Part shown: piece after piece, positions 50,917 through 59,994 of the stretch
Numbering within the stretch: the first letter of the stretch is position 1
Layout of the letters: the number at the start of each line of letters is the position of its first letter
Origin: a bacterium
Lineage (GTDB): Bacteria; UBA8248
NCBI GenBank assembly: GCA_963692865.2
Contig: OY843592.1
Span: forward strand, 3,360,001-3,424,000
DNA: 64,000 nt
Direction: 5' to 3'
Translations under genes and position numbers: made by a program
Notes under the pieces: model-generated
Database searches by the model: none
What the model was told of the DNA's origin: nothing
What the model saw: only the letters and a program-made list of their open reading frames with translations

Positions 50917-51031
50917 TTATCCACAGAAAAACACAACATTTGGTGATAACGTGTGGGTAACCTCATATATTTTGTGTATATTCGTTTTTGGGGTATTGAC
51001 AGACGGGGGCAAAGCATACTACATTTAGTGG
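50917..51031 (+). promoter_or_regulatory. nrdJ promoter with NrdR boxes and DnaA boxes
   Basis: TTATCCACA (50917), TGTGGGTAA (50952), NrdR-like ACACAACATTTGGTGA (50931) and ATACTACATTTAGTGG (51016), TTGACA (50996). Confidence 0.65.
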
Positions 51032-51100
51032 CACGGCTTGATTTCGTCATACCAAATGTATCCCCACCACGGCGGGGCGCTCTTGCGGAGGAGGCTGGCA

Positions 51101-54100
51101 GTGGAGTTTGAGAGGCATTTCACCCGGGACGGAGATGAAGCATACCGCGGCATCCGCTTCGCGCCGCGCGCCTCGCGCATCACCAACCCGGACGGCTCGG
51201 TCGTCTTCGAGGCGAAGGACATCATGGCGCCGGAGAACTGGTCCCAGGTGGCCGTCGACATTCTGGCGCAAAAATACTTCCGAAAAGCCGGCGTCCCCGC
51301 CCATTCGAAAAAAATTCCCGAAGACGGCGTGCCCGAGTGGCTCCAGCGCTCGGAGCCGGACACGGAGAAACTCGAGTCCCTGCCCGAGGAAGAGCAATTC
51401 GGATGCGAGCGAGACGCCCGGGACGTTTTCCACCGCATGGCGGGGTGCTGGACGTATTGGGGCTGGAAACACGGCTATTTTCATACCGAAGAAGACGCCA
51501 AGGCGTTTTACGAGGAGCTTTTATACATCCTGGCAAGCCAGATGGCGGCTCCCAACTCGCCGCAGTGGTTCAATACGGGCCTCCACTGGGCCTACGGCAT
51601 TACGCGCCCCGCACAAGGCCATTTCTATTGCGACCCCGAAACCGGGGAAATACGCCGCTCCACCAACGCTTATGAGCGTCCCCAGCCCCATGCGTGCTTC
51701 ATACAATCGGTGAGAGACGATCTCGTCAACGAGGGCGGGATCATGGACCTATGGACGCGCGAGGCGCGCATCTTCAAATACGGCTCGGGAACCGGCACGA
51801 ATTTCTCGAGCCTGAGGGCGGAAGGCGAATCCCTCTCGGGAGGCGGAAAAAGCTCCGGCCTGATGAGTTTCCTCAAGATTGGGGACCGCGCCGCCGGCGC
51901 CATCAAGTCGGGCGGCACGACGCGCCGGGCGGCGAAGATGGTCACGCTCGACATCGACCATCCCGACATCGAGGAATTCATCAACTGGAAGGTGAATGAA
52001 GAACAGAAAGTAGCCGCCTTGGTATCAGGCAGCAAGATGTGCAACCGGCATATGAACGCCATTCTCGGAGCTTGTCTCGAGGGGAAGAACCTGGGCTTGA
52101 ACGGCACCTTCCACCAGCCGGACAAGAACCCATCACTCGCCAAGGCGGTACGCGCCGCCAGATTCGCCGGCGTTCCGGACAACTACATTCATCGCACCCT
52201 TCAACTCGCGCGACAAGGCGTCACCGAAATCGAGTTCGAGGAATTCGACACGAATTGGGAGGGCGAGGCCTACACTTCGGTATCCGGGCAAAACTCAAAC
52301 AATTCCATACGCGTATCAGACGGGTTCATGAAAGCCGTCGAGAAAAACACGGATTGGAGCCTGATTCGGCGCACCGATGGGGAAATCGCCGGCTCCGTCA
52401 GCTCCAAAGAGCTTTGGGATCAGATTGGATATGCGGCGTGGTGTTGCGCAGACCCCGGCCTCCAATTCGACACGACCATCAACGACTGGCACACGTGCGC
52501 CACCGATGGACGCATCAACGGCTCTAATCCCTGCTCCGAATACATGTTCCTCGATGACACCGCATGCAATCTTGCGTCGATGAACCTCATGAAATTCCTG
52601 GATACCGAAAAGAACCATTTCCAGATAAAAGACTACCGCCACGTTATTCGGTTATTAACGGTCGTCCTCGAGATTTCAGTGCTCATGGCGCAATTCCCCA
52701 GTGAAGAAATAGCCAAGCGCTCACATGAATACCGAACCCTGGGGCTTGGATACGCCAACCTCGGCACTGTTTTAATGGTTCTCGGTATTCCTTACGATTC
52801 GCCGGAAGCGGAAGCATGGTGCGGCGCTCTCACATCCATCATGACTGGCTGCTCGTACGCCACCAGCGCCGAGATGGCCGGAGAACTAGGCGCTTTCGCA
52901 AGGTACCAGGACAACCAAGAGCATATGTTGCGAGTTCTGAGAAACCACCGCCGAGCAGCTTATTCAGTGCCTGAAGCCGAATACGAAATGCTCTCGAAAA
53001 CACCAAAAGGAATCGTTGCCGAAATCTGTCCCCACTATCTTCTCCAAGCGGCACGAGAGGCATGGGATGACGCGTTGGCCATCGGCTACCGAAACGGTTA
53101 CCGGAATGCGCAAGCCACCGTCATCGCGCCGACGGGCACCATCGGCCTGGTGATGGATTGCGATACAACGGGAATCGAGCCGGATTTCGCTTTGGTGAAA
53201 TTCAAAAAACTGGCCGGAGGCGGTTATTTCAAGATCATCAACCAGTCTGTTCCTCTTGCCTTACGGCATCTGGGCTATGACGACGAAGAGATACGCGAAA
53301 TCGTCGCCTACTGCCGAGGGCGCGGCACCCTCACGAATGCGCCTCATATCAATCCAGAATCTCTGCACGCAAAAGGATTTACCAGCAAGACCCTCGAAAA
53401 GGTGGAAGCCGCGCTTGAAGGGGCGTTTGAAATTCAGTTCGCCTTCAACAAATACTCCCTAGGTGAAGACTTCTGCCGTGAGCAATTGGGGCTCGATGAA
53501 GCGCAAATCGCCGACTGGAATCTGAATCTGCTCGAAGCCATCGGTTTCACTCCGGAACAAATAACCGAAGCGAATGATTTCGTTTGCGGCAAAATGACGC
53601 TCGAGGGCGCACCCAATCTAAAAGAAGAGCATCTGGCTGTTTTCGATTGCGCGAGCAAATGCGGGCGCGAAGGCAAGCGCTTTATCAGCCCCTTGGCGCA
53701 TGTTCGGATGATGTCGGCGGCGCAGCCTTTCATATCGGGCGCCATCAGCAAAACCATCAACATGCCCGTTGAATCGACGATTCAAGACATATTGGATATC
53801 TATCATGAATCGTGGCAACGGATGACCAAAGCCATTGCGATTTACCGTGACGGCTCGAAACTAAGCCAACCGCTTTCCGCGCAAAGCGAGGCGGAACTCT
53901 TTTGTGATGTCGGCGAGGAAGAAACAACTTCCCAAAGCGCTCCGGTTCACGTAGCCCAACAGATCGTGCGCCGGATTATTTACCAATCCAGAAGACGCAA
54001 GTTGCCCACCCGCCGTGGTGGATACACGCAAAAAGCCGTCATCGGCGGGCACAAAGTGTATCTTAGAACCGGCGAGTACGAAGATGGTTCTATCGGCGAA

Positions 54101-54691
54101 ATTTTCATAGATATGCACAAAGAAGGCGCCGCTTTCAGAAGCCTCATGAACTGTTTCGCCATCGCAATTTCGCTGGGACTCCAGCACGGCGTTCCCCTGG
54201 ATGAATTTGTGGACGCCTTCGTCTTCACGCGCTTCGAACCCGGGGGCATGGTCTCGGGCAACCCGCACATCAAGATGAGCACATCCATCATCGATTACAT
54301 CTTCCGTGAGTTGGCGGTTTCATATCTCGGACGCCACGACCTTGCGCAAGTCGTTTTGGAGGATCTGAGAAGCGACACCATTGGGCGCCCACAGGAAGAG
54401 ATTCCCGAATTCGACGCCGAGGAAGAAGAAGCGATTCAAACCGTATTTCCAGGAGCGGATACGAGCGCACCACGCAGTGACCGGGTAAGTTTGAACTATG
54501 AAAAAGAATCCGCCCACGCTTCCCTGACGCCGGTAACAGAAACAGGTTCCGCTCTCGATTCACGTATCGAAGAAGCCCGCGCCAAAGGTTACGAGGGTGA
54601 GGCATGCAGCGATTGTGGTTTGTTCACCTTGGTAAGAAACGGCACCTGCCTGAAATGTATGACATGTGGCGCGACGAGTGGATGCTCTTGA
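51101..54691 (+). CDS. nrdJ: Vitamin B12-dependent (class II) ribonucleotide reductase
   Basis: [35 protein letters not shown]-terminal TSCPD-like region and CxxC..CxxC..GCS tail; GTG after GGAGGAGG. Confidence 0.96.
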   Translation: MEFERHFTRDGDEAYRGIRFAPRASRITNPDGSVVFEAKDIMAPENWSQVAVDILAQKYFRKAGVPAHSKKIPEDGVPEWLQRSEPDTEKLESLPEEEQFGCERDARDVFHRMAGCWTYWGWKHGYFHTEEDAKAFYEELLYILASQMAAPNSPQWFNTGLHWAYGITRPAQGHFYCDPETGEIRRSTNAYERPQPHACFIQSVRDDLVNEGGIMDLWTREARIFKYGSGTGTNFSSLRAEGESLSGGGKSSGLMSFLKIGDRAAGAIKSGGTTRRAAKMVTLDIDHPDIEEFINWKVNEEQKVAALVSGSKMCNRHMNAILGACLEGKNLGLNGTFHQPDKNPSLAKAVRAARFAGVPDNYIHRTLQLARQGVTEIEFEEFDTNWEGEAYTSVSGQNSNNSIRVSDGFMKAVEKNTDWSLIRRTDGEIAGSVSSKELWDQIGYAAWCCADPGLQFDTTINDWHTCATDGRINGSNPCSEYMFLDDTACNLASMNLMKFLDTEKNHFQIKDYRHVIRLLTVVLEISVLMAQFPSEEIAKRSHEYRTLGLGYANLGTVLMVLGIPYDSPEAEAWCGALTSIMTGCSYATSAEMAGELGAFARYQDNQEHMLRVLRNHRRAAYSVPEAEYEMLSKTPKGIVAEICPHYLLQAAREAWDDALAIGYRNGYRNAQATVIAPTGTIGLVMDCDTTGIEPDFALVKFKKLAGGGYFKIINQSVPLALRHLGYDDEEIREIVAYCRGRGTLTNAPHINPESLHAKGFTSKTLEKVEAALEGAFEIQFAFNKYSLGEDFCREQLGLDEAQIADWNLNLLEAIGFTPEQITEANDFVCGKMTLEGAPNLKEEHLAVFDCASKCGREGKRFISPLAHVRMMSAAQPFISGAISKTINMPVESTIQDILDIYHESWQRMTKAIAIYRDGSKLSQPLSAQSEAELFCDVGEEETTSQSAPVHVAQQIVRRIIYQSRRRKLPTRRGGYTQKAVIGGHKVYLRTGEYEDGSIGEIFIDMHKEGAAFRSLMNCFAIAISLGLQHGVPLDEFVDAFVFTRFEPGGMVSGNPHIKMSTSIIDYIFRELAVSYLGRHDLAQVVLEDLRSDTIGRPQEEIPEFDAEEEEAIQTVFPGADTSAPRSDRVSLNYEKESAHASLTPVTETGSALDSRIEEARAKGYEGEACSDCGLFTLVRNGTCLKCMTCGATSGCS

Positions 54692-54700
54692 AATAACTTA

Positions 54701-54996
54701 CCCGTCGTGGGGGAAACGGGCGGACTCTGCGACGGGACGAGAGTCGGGGGAGAATCCTCGGTGGGTTGTCCCCCGACTCTCACCAAAAATGGAATTTTAG
54801 CGAATTCTCTTGCTGCGGGGGAAACGGGCGGACTCTGCGGCAGGACCGGGAGCCGAGGATAATACACCTCGGGGGTTGAGTCCTTGGCTCCCACTATTAA
54901 GTTGAATAAGGTTCCCTGCTGCGGGGGAAACGGGCGGACTCTGTGGCAGGTCGAGAGCCGGTGAAGTCTCCTGGGGGGAGTTCTTCATCGGCTCTC
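54701..54996 (+). ncRNA. Tandem array of three two-hairpin structured units (unknown family)
   Basis: Invariant GGGGGAAACGGGCGGACTCT at 54709, 54817 and 54923; covarying flanking stems and second hairpins. Confidence 0.6.
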
Positions 54997-55006
54997 CCTT
55001 TCCCGC

Positions 55007-55035
55007 TTGACACCCGGAGTTCCTTCGCCTACCTT
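55007..55035 (+). promoter_or_regulatory. sigma70-like promoter of tRNA-Ala
   Basis: TTGACA-17 nt-TACCTT. Confidence 0.6.
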
Positions 55036-55048
55036 CAAGTTCCTTTGT

Positions 55049-55124
55049 GGGGGTGTAGCTCAGATGGGAGAGCGCGTGGATCGCACCCACGAGGTCAGGG
55101 GTTCGAATCCCCTCACCTCCACCA
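55049..55124 (+). tRNA. tRNA-Ala (CGC)
   Basis: 76-nt cloverleaf, G3:U70 pair, CGTGG/CCACG anticodon stem with CGC, encoded CCA. Confidence 0.95.
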
Positions 55125-55141
55125 GCGCAATTTCCTGAAAT

Positions 55142-55996
55142 TCAATCCCACACGTCAAGCATAGCGAGAGCCGCCTCTCGCGTCCTCATCCCTTCTCGTA
55201 CTCCACGCTTTTCCGCCATCTCGTTCATGCATGAAACGACGCCGTCTTCCCATGTGCTCATCACATCACCAATGCGCGCGCTCATGGCTCCGACCGCCGC
55301 CACCGCAATCCCCTCTCGCGCCAGATAGGGAAAAGAAGCGATACCGGAATCATCTTTTCCCCGTCCCGCGTCATTCGCAATCACACCTCTAAGATTGAGC
55401 TTAATGACATGGGGGACGAGAGTGAGCCCGCAATGTGACGCTTGAATAAAAACATCATCTGGCCTTGGTTCCTGCATAGAGCGCAAGACGGGAATTCCCC
55501 ATGAGGCACGTATATTACCATTCGGAAATTGCTCTAGTTCATATATTCTATCATCTAGGCTTTCTTCGACAATCACTTTCCGTCCTTCTTCGGCATCGAG
55601 CAAATAATCCGATGCCTCAGCAATGGACTGACCAATTTCAACACCAAGAGTTTGCGCTACTTGATTCGCATGGCCGACTACGCCTTCATAAACAGATTTT
55701 CCTACGGCGAGTCTGGCGGACATGGTCTCACACGCCACTGCAGGCACGTGATAATTCTGAGCCAAGTGAAGACCGCTGATCCCTGCATCGTCCTTTCCAA
55801 CTCCTGCAGCATGGGCAATAATTGCCCTCACCCCTAACCGCATTGCCCAGGCAATCGTCATTCGTGCAGCGTAAGAACCCGCAACGAGAACGTCCCTTCT
55901 CCCAACCTTCTCGCCAAAATACGTCATCGAATCCGCCGAAAGAATACGGCCGCGCACGTCTTCATCATGAATCGTCTGTTCATCCATCGTCATCAT
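55142..55996 (-). CDS. Hypothetical protein with an internal domain duplication
   Basis: Two copies of AG(V/R)GKDD(A/S)GI...MSAR...GVV...N..A...GV..G; start uncertain. Confidence 0.7.
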   Translation of the reverse strand: MMTMDEQTIHDEDVRGRILSADSMTYFGEKVGRRDVLVAGSYAARMTIAWAMRLGVRAIIAHAAGVGKDDAGISGLHLAQNYHVPAVACETMSARLAVGKSVYEGVVGHANQVAQTLGVEIGQSIAEASDYLLDAEEGRKVIVEESLDDRIYELEQFPNGNIRASWGIPVLRSMQEPRPDDVFIQASHCGLTLVPHVIKLNLRGVIANDAGRGKDDSGIASFPYLAREGIAVAAVGAMSARIGDVMSTWEDGVVSCMNEMAEKRGVREGMRTREAALAMLDVWD

Positions 55997-56108
55997 ATTT
56001 TCTTTCGCAAAGCGTGAAGCAAAATGGGTATATTGCAGATATGCCAGATGAAAAAATCGCCCGGCTGATATCTCAACCGGGCGTTGAATGATTTTCTCCT
56101 GCCAGAAG

Positions 56109-56276
56109 CTAGTAATCAGCAGGAGCAATTCCCCCTTCGCCGTCACTCAAAAAAGAGAAATCGACACTTTCATCGTCGTCAGACACATCATAATCCAAAT
56201 CCGTTGGCAATACGTCTCCAGACTCAGCAAAAAACTCATGGTCCAAGACAACATCACTTTCATTGAACTCGATCAT
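56109..56276 (-). CDS. Small, highly acidic hypothetical protein (55 aa)
   Basis: GAGGAAG before ATG; 18 Asp/Glu and no Lys/Arg. Confidence 0.45.
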   Translation of the reverse strand: MIEFNESDVVLDHEFFAESGDVLPTDLDYDVSDDDESVDFSFLSDGEGGIAPADY

Positions 56277-56544
56277 TTCTTCCTCATCCCATGGGCGGTT
56301 CGATACGAATTTGCCTGGGTTTCGCCACAGGCGACACCACAAAGCGCGGGAGTATACAAAAATCATCAAAAAAAGCAACACTTTTTTATGTATAAGTTCT
56401 TATTTTTCAACTGATAAAAGAGGGAATGAGCTTCAGATAACCTTGGATAGAACTTGCATGGCCCCGCACGCGCATAAGCACAAAGAGCCTACACCAAATG
56501 AGAAAATGCTCGCTCGAAAAATGGTTAGACGAGAAGGTCTGTTT

Positions 56545-57210
56545 CTACGCCATGTCTTCCGCTTGAAATTCGATTCGACCCCCAGGTGGTTCCACCACCA
56601 AGTGAAGCGCCTCGGCCAGTCTTCCGGAAAGATGCCACATGCCACAAATAAAAGTGAGTTCCACTATCTGCCTATTTGAAAAGTATTTTTTCATCTCACT
56701 AAACGCGAAATCGTTATGCTTCGCCGTTAACTTCGAAACCTCATCCGCCCAGCGGATAACGGCTTTTTCCTTATCATCAAACAAATCGCTGTCTTTCCAA
56801 TTATCGCTTTCCAACAGATTGATTTGATCCTGCGTAAGACCCAGAGCTCGACCGAGCTCCACGTTGTGCCCGATTCAGTTGTTACACTCCGTCAATATCG
56901 CCGTTTTGACGATGACGAGCTCCATGAGTCGGATGTAATCGGACTCCGTCTTCAATCGATTCGTACGGAGCTTTTGGTCGAGCAACATCCATGCTTCCAT
57001 GGTAGGAGGAGCATTTGCCAAAAGCTGCAAAAAGCGCGGGACGGTACCCCACATCCGCTTCGACCAATCGTAAAGTGGAGCGAGTTCCTCCTTGAGCTCC
57101 TCAGGAACATTTTCAGGATCAACAAAAGGTAGTCTCGGCAATGGGCACGCCATCATCTCTTCGGTCACGCCCAGACTATCCGGTAAACTTGTTCCTTCGT
57201 CCACAGGCAT
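56545..57210 (-). CDS. Selenocysteine-containing AhpD/carboxymuconolactone decarboxylase family protein
   Basis: In-frame TGA 56877-56875 in ELVIVKTAILTECNN-U-IGH (CxxU..H); continues into GLTQDQI...FDDKEKAVIRWADE...QIVELT. Confidence 0.88.
56844..56859 (-). promoter_or_regulatory. Candidate bacterial SECIS hairpin (AhpD-like gene)
   Basis: GAGCUC-GGUC-GAGCUC at +16..+31 from the UGA. Confidence 0.7.
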
Positions 57211-57232
57211 TGGATTCTCCTTGAAAAGTGAT

Positions 57233-59488
57233 TTATACGCTGTTCGCAGCCAGAGCTTCTCGAATATGGTGCGGGCCAACAGGCAATGAGAAAATGGGCG
57301 TTCCGACGGCATCTTGTATAGCATTCACTATCGCAGCCGCAGTCGCCACAATGGGTGGTTCACCTACACCTCGCATCCCGTAAGGCGTACCCTCGGCCGG
57401 GTTGTCATACAAAACGGTTTTCAGCTCGGGCATATCCATGCTGGTAGGTATCAGATATTCGTGGAAAGTATCGCCGTGCAAATTCCCATCCGGACGCCGG
57501 GGCTGCTCTTCCATGAGGGCTAATCCAAGTCCCTGGATCATGGCGCCTTCAATCTGACCTACCACGGACAATGGATTGATGGCGAATCCCACATCCTGCA
57601 CGCATGTAAGGCGCAAAACCCTGATTTCTCCGAGTTCGGGATTTACAGCTACATCCGCTATCTGTCCGGTATGTATCGGACATGGAGGCGGCTTTGCGCT
57701 TTCGCCTTGTCCAATCAAAAATCCCTGAATTTCAGGCGCCGCCTTGGCCACCTGCGCAAGTGTCAGGGCACGCTCGGGCGCCGAAGCCACTTTGACTTGA
57801 CCGTCTTCCAGAATCAGGTCGTCGGCAGCGGCTTCGAGTTTTATACTCGCCACATTCAATATTTTGTTTCGCAAATCGCGCGCGGCGCTCAATGTAGCCA
57901 TTCCCACCGCACGCGTCGCTTTACTGCCCGATGCCGCCGATGACTCAGGAACTGAATCCGTGTCACCGTTCGTGTAGCGCACTTCATCCAAACCTACGCC
58001 CAACTCCTCGGCGGCTAGTTGGCATATGGAAGTACTCATACCCGTGAGATTCACCGTTCCCGATATCACTTGCACGGTGCCGTCTTGATTCAGGCGAACC
58101 GTGCAACTGGACGCCTCTCCCGGTCCCGGCCAATATCCACAAGCAATGCCGCGGCCGAGTTGCCAGCCATCTCCCTCAAGCTCTCCGCTAACCTCAACCT
58201 TTTCCCCCCAATTCCCTTCTACGGCCGTTGAATCGAGCACACTACGCATGGATGGGTTTTGCTCCTTTCCAGCCAGTGTTTCATCCCCCGGCTGAAGCGA
58301 ATTGATTCGTCTAATCTCGAGTGGGTCAATCCCCAACTCACGCGCGATGATGTCCATCTGCACTTCGGTGGCAAAGTGGTATTGGGGACCGCTCGGCGCA
58401 CGCACGGGACCACACACAGGACCATTGGTATAGACCGTACATGCGCGAATCCTGACGTTGGGAATGCGATATGAGGATGAGCCCATCAGCATCTTGCTGC
58501 TGCATTGGAACGGCGCGCCTCGGCCGTATGCTCCATGATCCATTGTCACATCAAGCTCACGAGCTACAAACGTACCGTCATTCTTCACCGCTGTGCGTAT
58601 GGTGATGAAATGGGGGTGTCTCGGATTTACTCCGATATGATCTTCTTCACGGGTCATCTCCATGCGCACGGGCTGATCTGTCTTCAAAGCCAAAAGAGCG
58701 GCGATATGCTCATAAGTGCTCTTGAGCTTTGCGCCAAACCCACCGCCGATTTCAGTAGGAATGACACGAACTTGCGTCGCCGGAAACCCAAGCGCCTCGG
58801 CCACATCCGCACGAATGGCCCACGCATCCTGCGTGGTTGTCCAGATGGTGACTTTCCCGTCGGCGCCAGCCTCGGCAACGCATGCGTGAGGCTCGATATA
58901 GCCGGCATGGACGAACGGCGTGGAAAAAGTATGCTCAAAAATGCGATCCGCTTCTTCGTATCCGGCATCGACATCTCCAATTTCTTTTTCAAAGCGAGCA
59001 ATGATGTTTTTATCCGCATTCGGCCCAAGTCCCAATTCTCGCCAATCTTCATGAACGGCAAGACCCTTGCCGGCCCGGCTGTCCAAGCCGTTGACTATCG
59101 GTTCTAATACATCATATTCCACACGAATCGACTTGATGGCAGCTTGGGCGGCATCCATGTTCTCTGCGGCCACGGCAGCCACCGGTTCTCCGCCGTAGCG
59201 AACAAAACCGTCCTGTGCAAACCAACTCTGATCCTTGATGTTGGCGCCGAACCGAATGCGAGGAGCTTCATCTCGCGTCATGACTGCACGAACGCCAGGT
59301 AACTTCCGCGCCTCGGTCGCATCCACCCTTTTCACTTTCGCATAGGGATGCGGGCTGCCCAAGACCAGCCCGATAAGTGCGCGGCCCGATGGGACATCAG
59401 CCGCATATTTGGCGCTTCCAGCTACTTTATCCGGGGCATCGATTCGTGTGAGGCCTATACCCGCCACTTTATAGTCTGTCATTTCCAC
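57233..59488 (-). CDS. Xanthine dehydrogenase family molybdopterin-binding subunit
   Basis: DKVAGSAKYAAD, YIEPH, IGGGFGAK, GQIEG..IQGLG, GVGEPP. Confidence 0.92.
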   Translation of the reverse strand: MEMTDYKVAGIGLTRIDAPDKVAGSAKYAADVPSGRALIGLVLGSPHPYAKVKRVDATEARKLPGVRAVMTRDEAPRIRFGANIKDQSWFAQDGFVRYGGEPVAAVAAENMDAAQAAIKSIRVEYDVLEPIVNGLDSRAGKGLAVHEDWRELGLGPNADKNIIARFEKEIGDVDAGYEEADRIFEHTFSTPFVHAGYIEPHACVAEAGADGKVTIWTTTQDAWAIRADVAEALGFPATQVRVIPTEIGGGFGAKLKSTYEHIAALLALKTDQPVRMEMTREEDHIGVNPRHPHFITIRTAVKNDGTFVARELDVTMDHGAYGRGAPFQCSSKMLMGSSSYRIPNVRIRACTVYTNGPVCGPVRAPSGPQYHFATEVQMDIIARELGIDPLEIRRINSLQPGDETLAGKEQNPSMRSVLDSTAVEGNWGEKVEVSGELEGDGWQLGRGIACGYWPGPGEASSCTVRLNQDGTVQVISGTVNLTGMSTSICQLAAEELGVGLDEVRYTNGDTDSVPESSAASGSKATRAVGMATLSAARDLRNKILNVASIKLEAAADDLILEDGQVKVASAPERALTLAQVAKAAPEIQGFLIGQGESAKPPPCPIHTGQIADVAVNPELGEIRVLRLTCVQDVGFAINPLSVVGQIEGAMIQGLGLALMEEQPRRPDGNLHGDTFHEYLIPTSMDMPELKTVLYDNPAEGTPYGMRGVGEPPIVATAAAIVNAIQDAVGTPIFSLPVGPHHIREALAANSV

Positions 59489-59587
59489 CTCAGAGAAAAT
59501 ATGGCTTAAACCATTGAATTTTATTTGTCATTCGACAATCTGTTATAGCTTTAACCAAGCAGTGTACAAATTTGATCGGCAATTTGC

Positions 59588-59989
59588 CTATTCTGGAACA
59601 TCTTGTGGCCTCACGCCATGAGTAGCCCTAATTTTTGTTTTGATATTTCCTCTCACGTTAAAATCGCCCTCAATCCACATCCACTTCGGCTCACAAACTT
59701 CAACCAGATCATCAAGAATGGTGCTGACCACTTGCTCATGAAATATTTCTCGATCCCGGTAATTATTGATGTAGAGTTTCAGGGATTTCAACTCCACTAT
59801 CTTATCTCCAGGAATGTATTTGATACGGATGGTGGCGAAGTCGGGAAAATTGCTGATCGGGCAAAGACACGTGAATTCGGGAATGGTGAAATCGACGATG
59901 TAATCCCGCTGTCCCGAGGGGTTGGGAACGGCTTCAAGCCTCGCCTCTGCGAGCATCTTCGCGCCGTACTTCATCTCGCCTTGAGACAT
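59588..59989 (-). CDS. queF: PreQ0 reductase QueF (type I)
   Basis: PEFTCLCP..PDFA, VELKSLKLY, FHE, FNVRGNI. Confidence 0.94.
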   Translation of the reverse strand: MSQGEMKYGAKMLAEARLEAVPNPSGQRDYIVDFTIPEFTCLCPISNFPDFATIRIKYIPGDKIVELKSLKLYINNYRDREIFHEQVVSTILDDLVEVCEPKWMWIEGDFNVRGNIKTKIRATHGVRPQDVPE

Positions 59990-59994
59990 TTTCG

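Noticed and set aside
50256-51100. Cobalamin riboswitch or replication origin upstream of nrdJ
   Set aside because: No recognisable B12-box consensus; only two good DnaA boxes, no dnaA/dnaN context and no switch in gene orientation.
51101-54691. Intein or intron in nrdJ
   Set aside because: Continuous frame with expected motifs; no splice-junction or homing-endonuclease motifs seen.
54701-54996. CRISPR array interpretation of the 20-nt repeats
   Set aside because: Only three copies, a period of about 107 nt, intervening segments that are homologous hairpins rather than unique spacers, and no cas genes in the window.
54589-55090. Minus-strand ORFs with repeated PQSPPVSP
   Set aside because: They are translations of the nucleotide repeat in changing frames, overlap nrdJ or the tRNA, and the G-U pattern favours + strand RNA structure.
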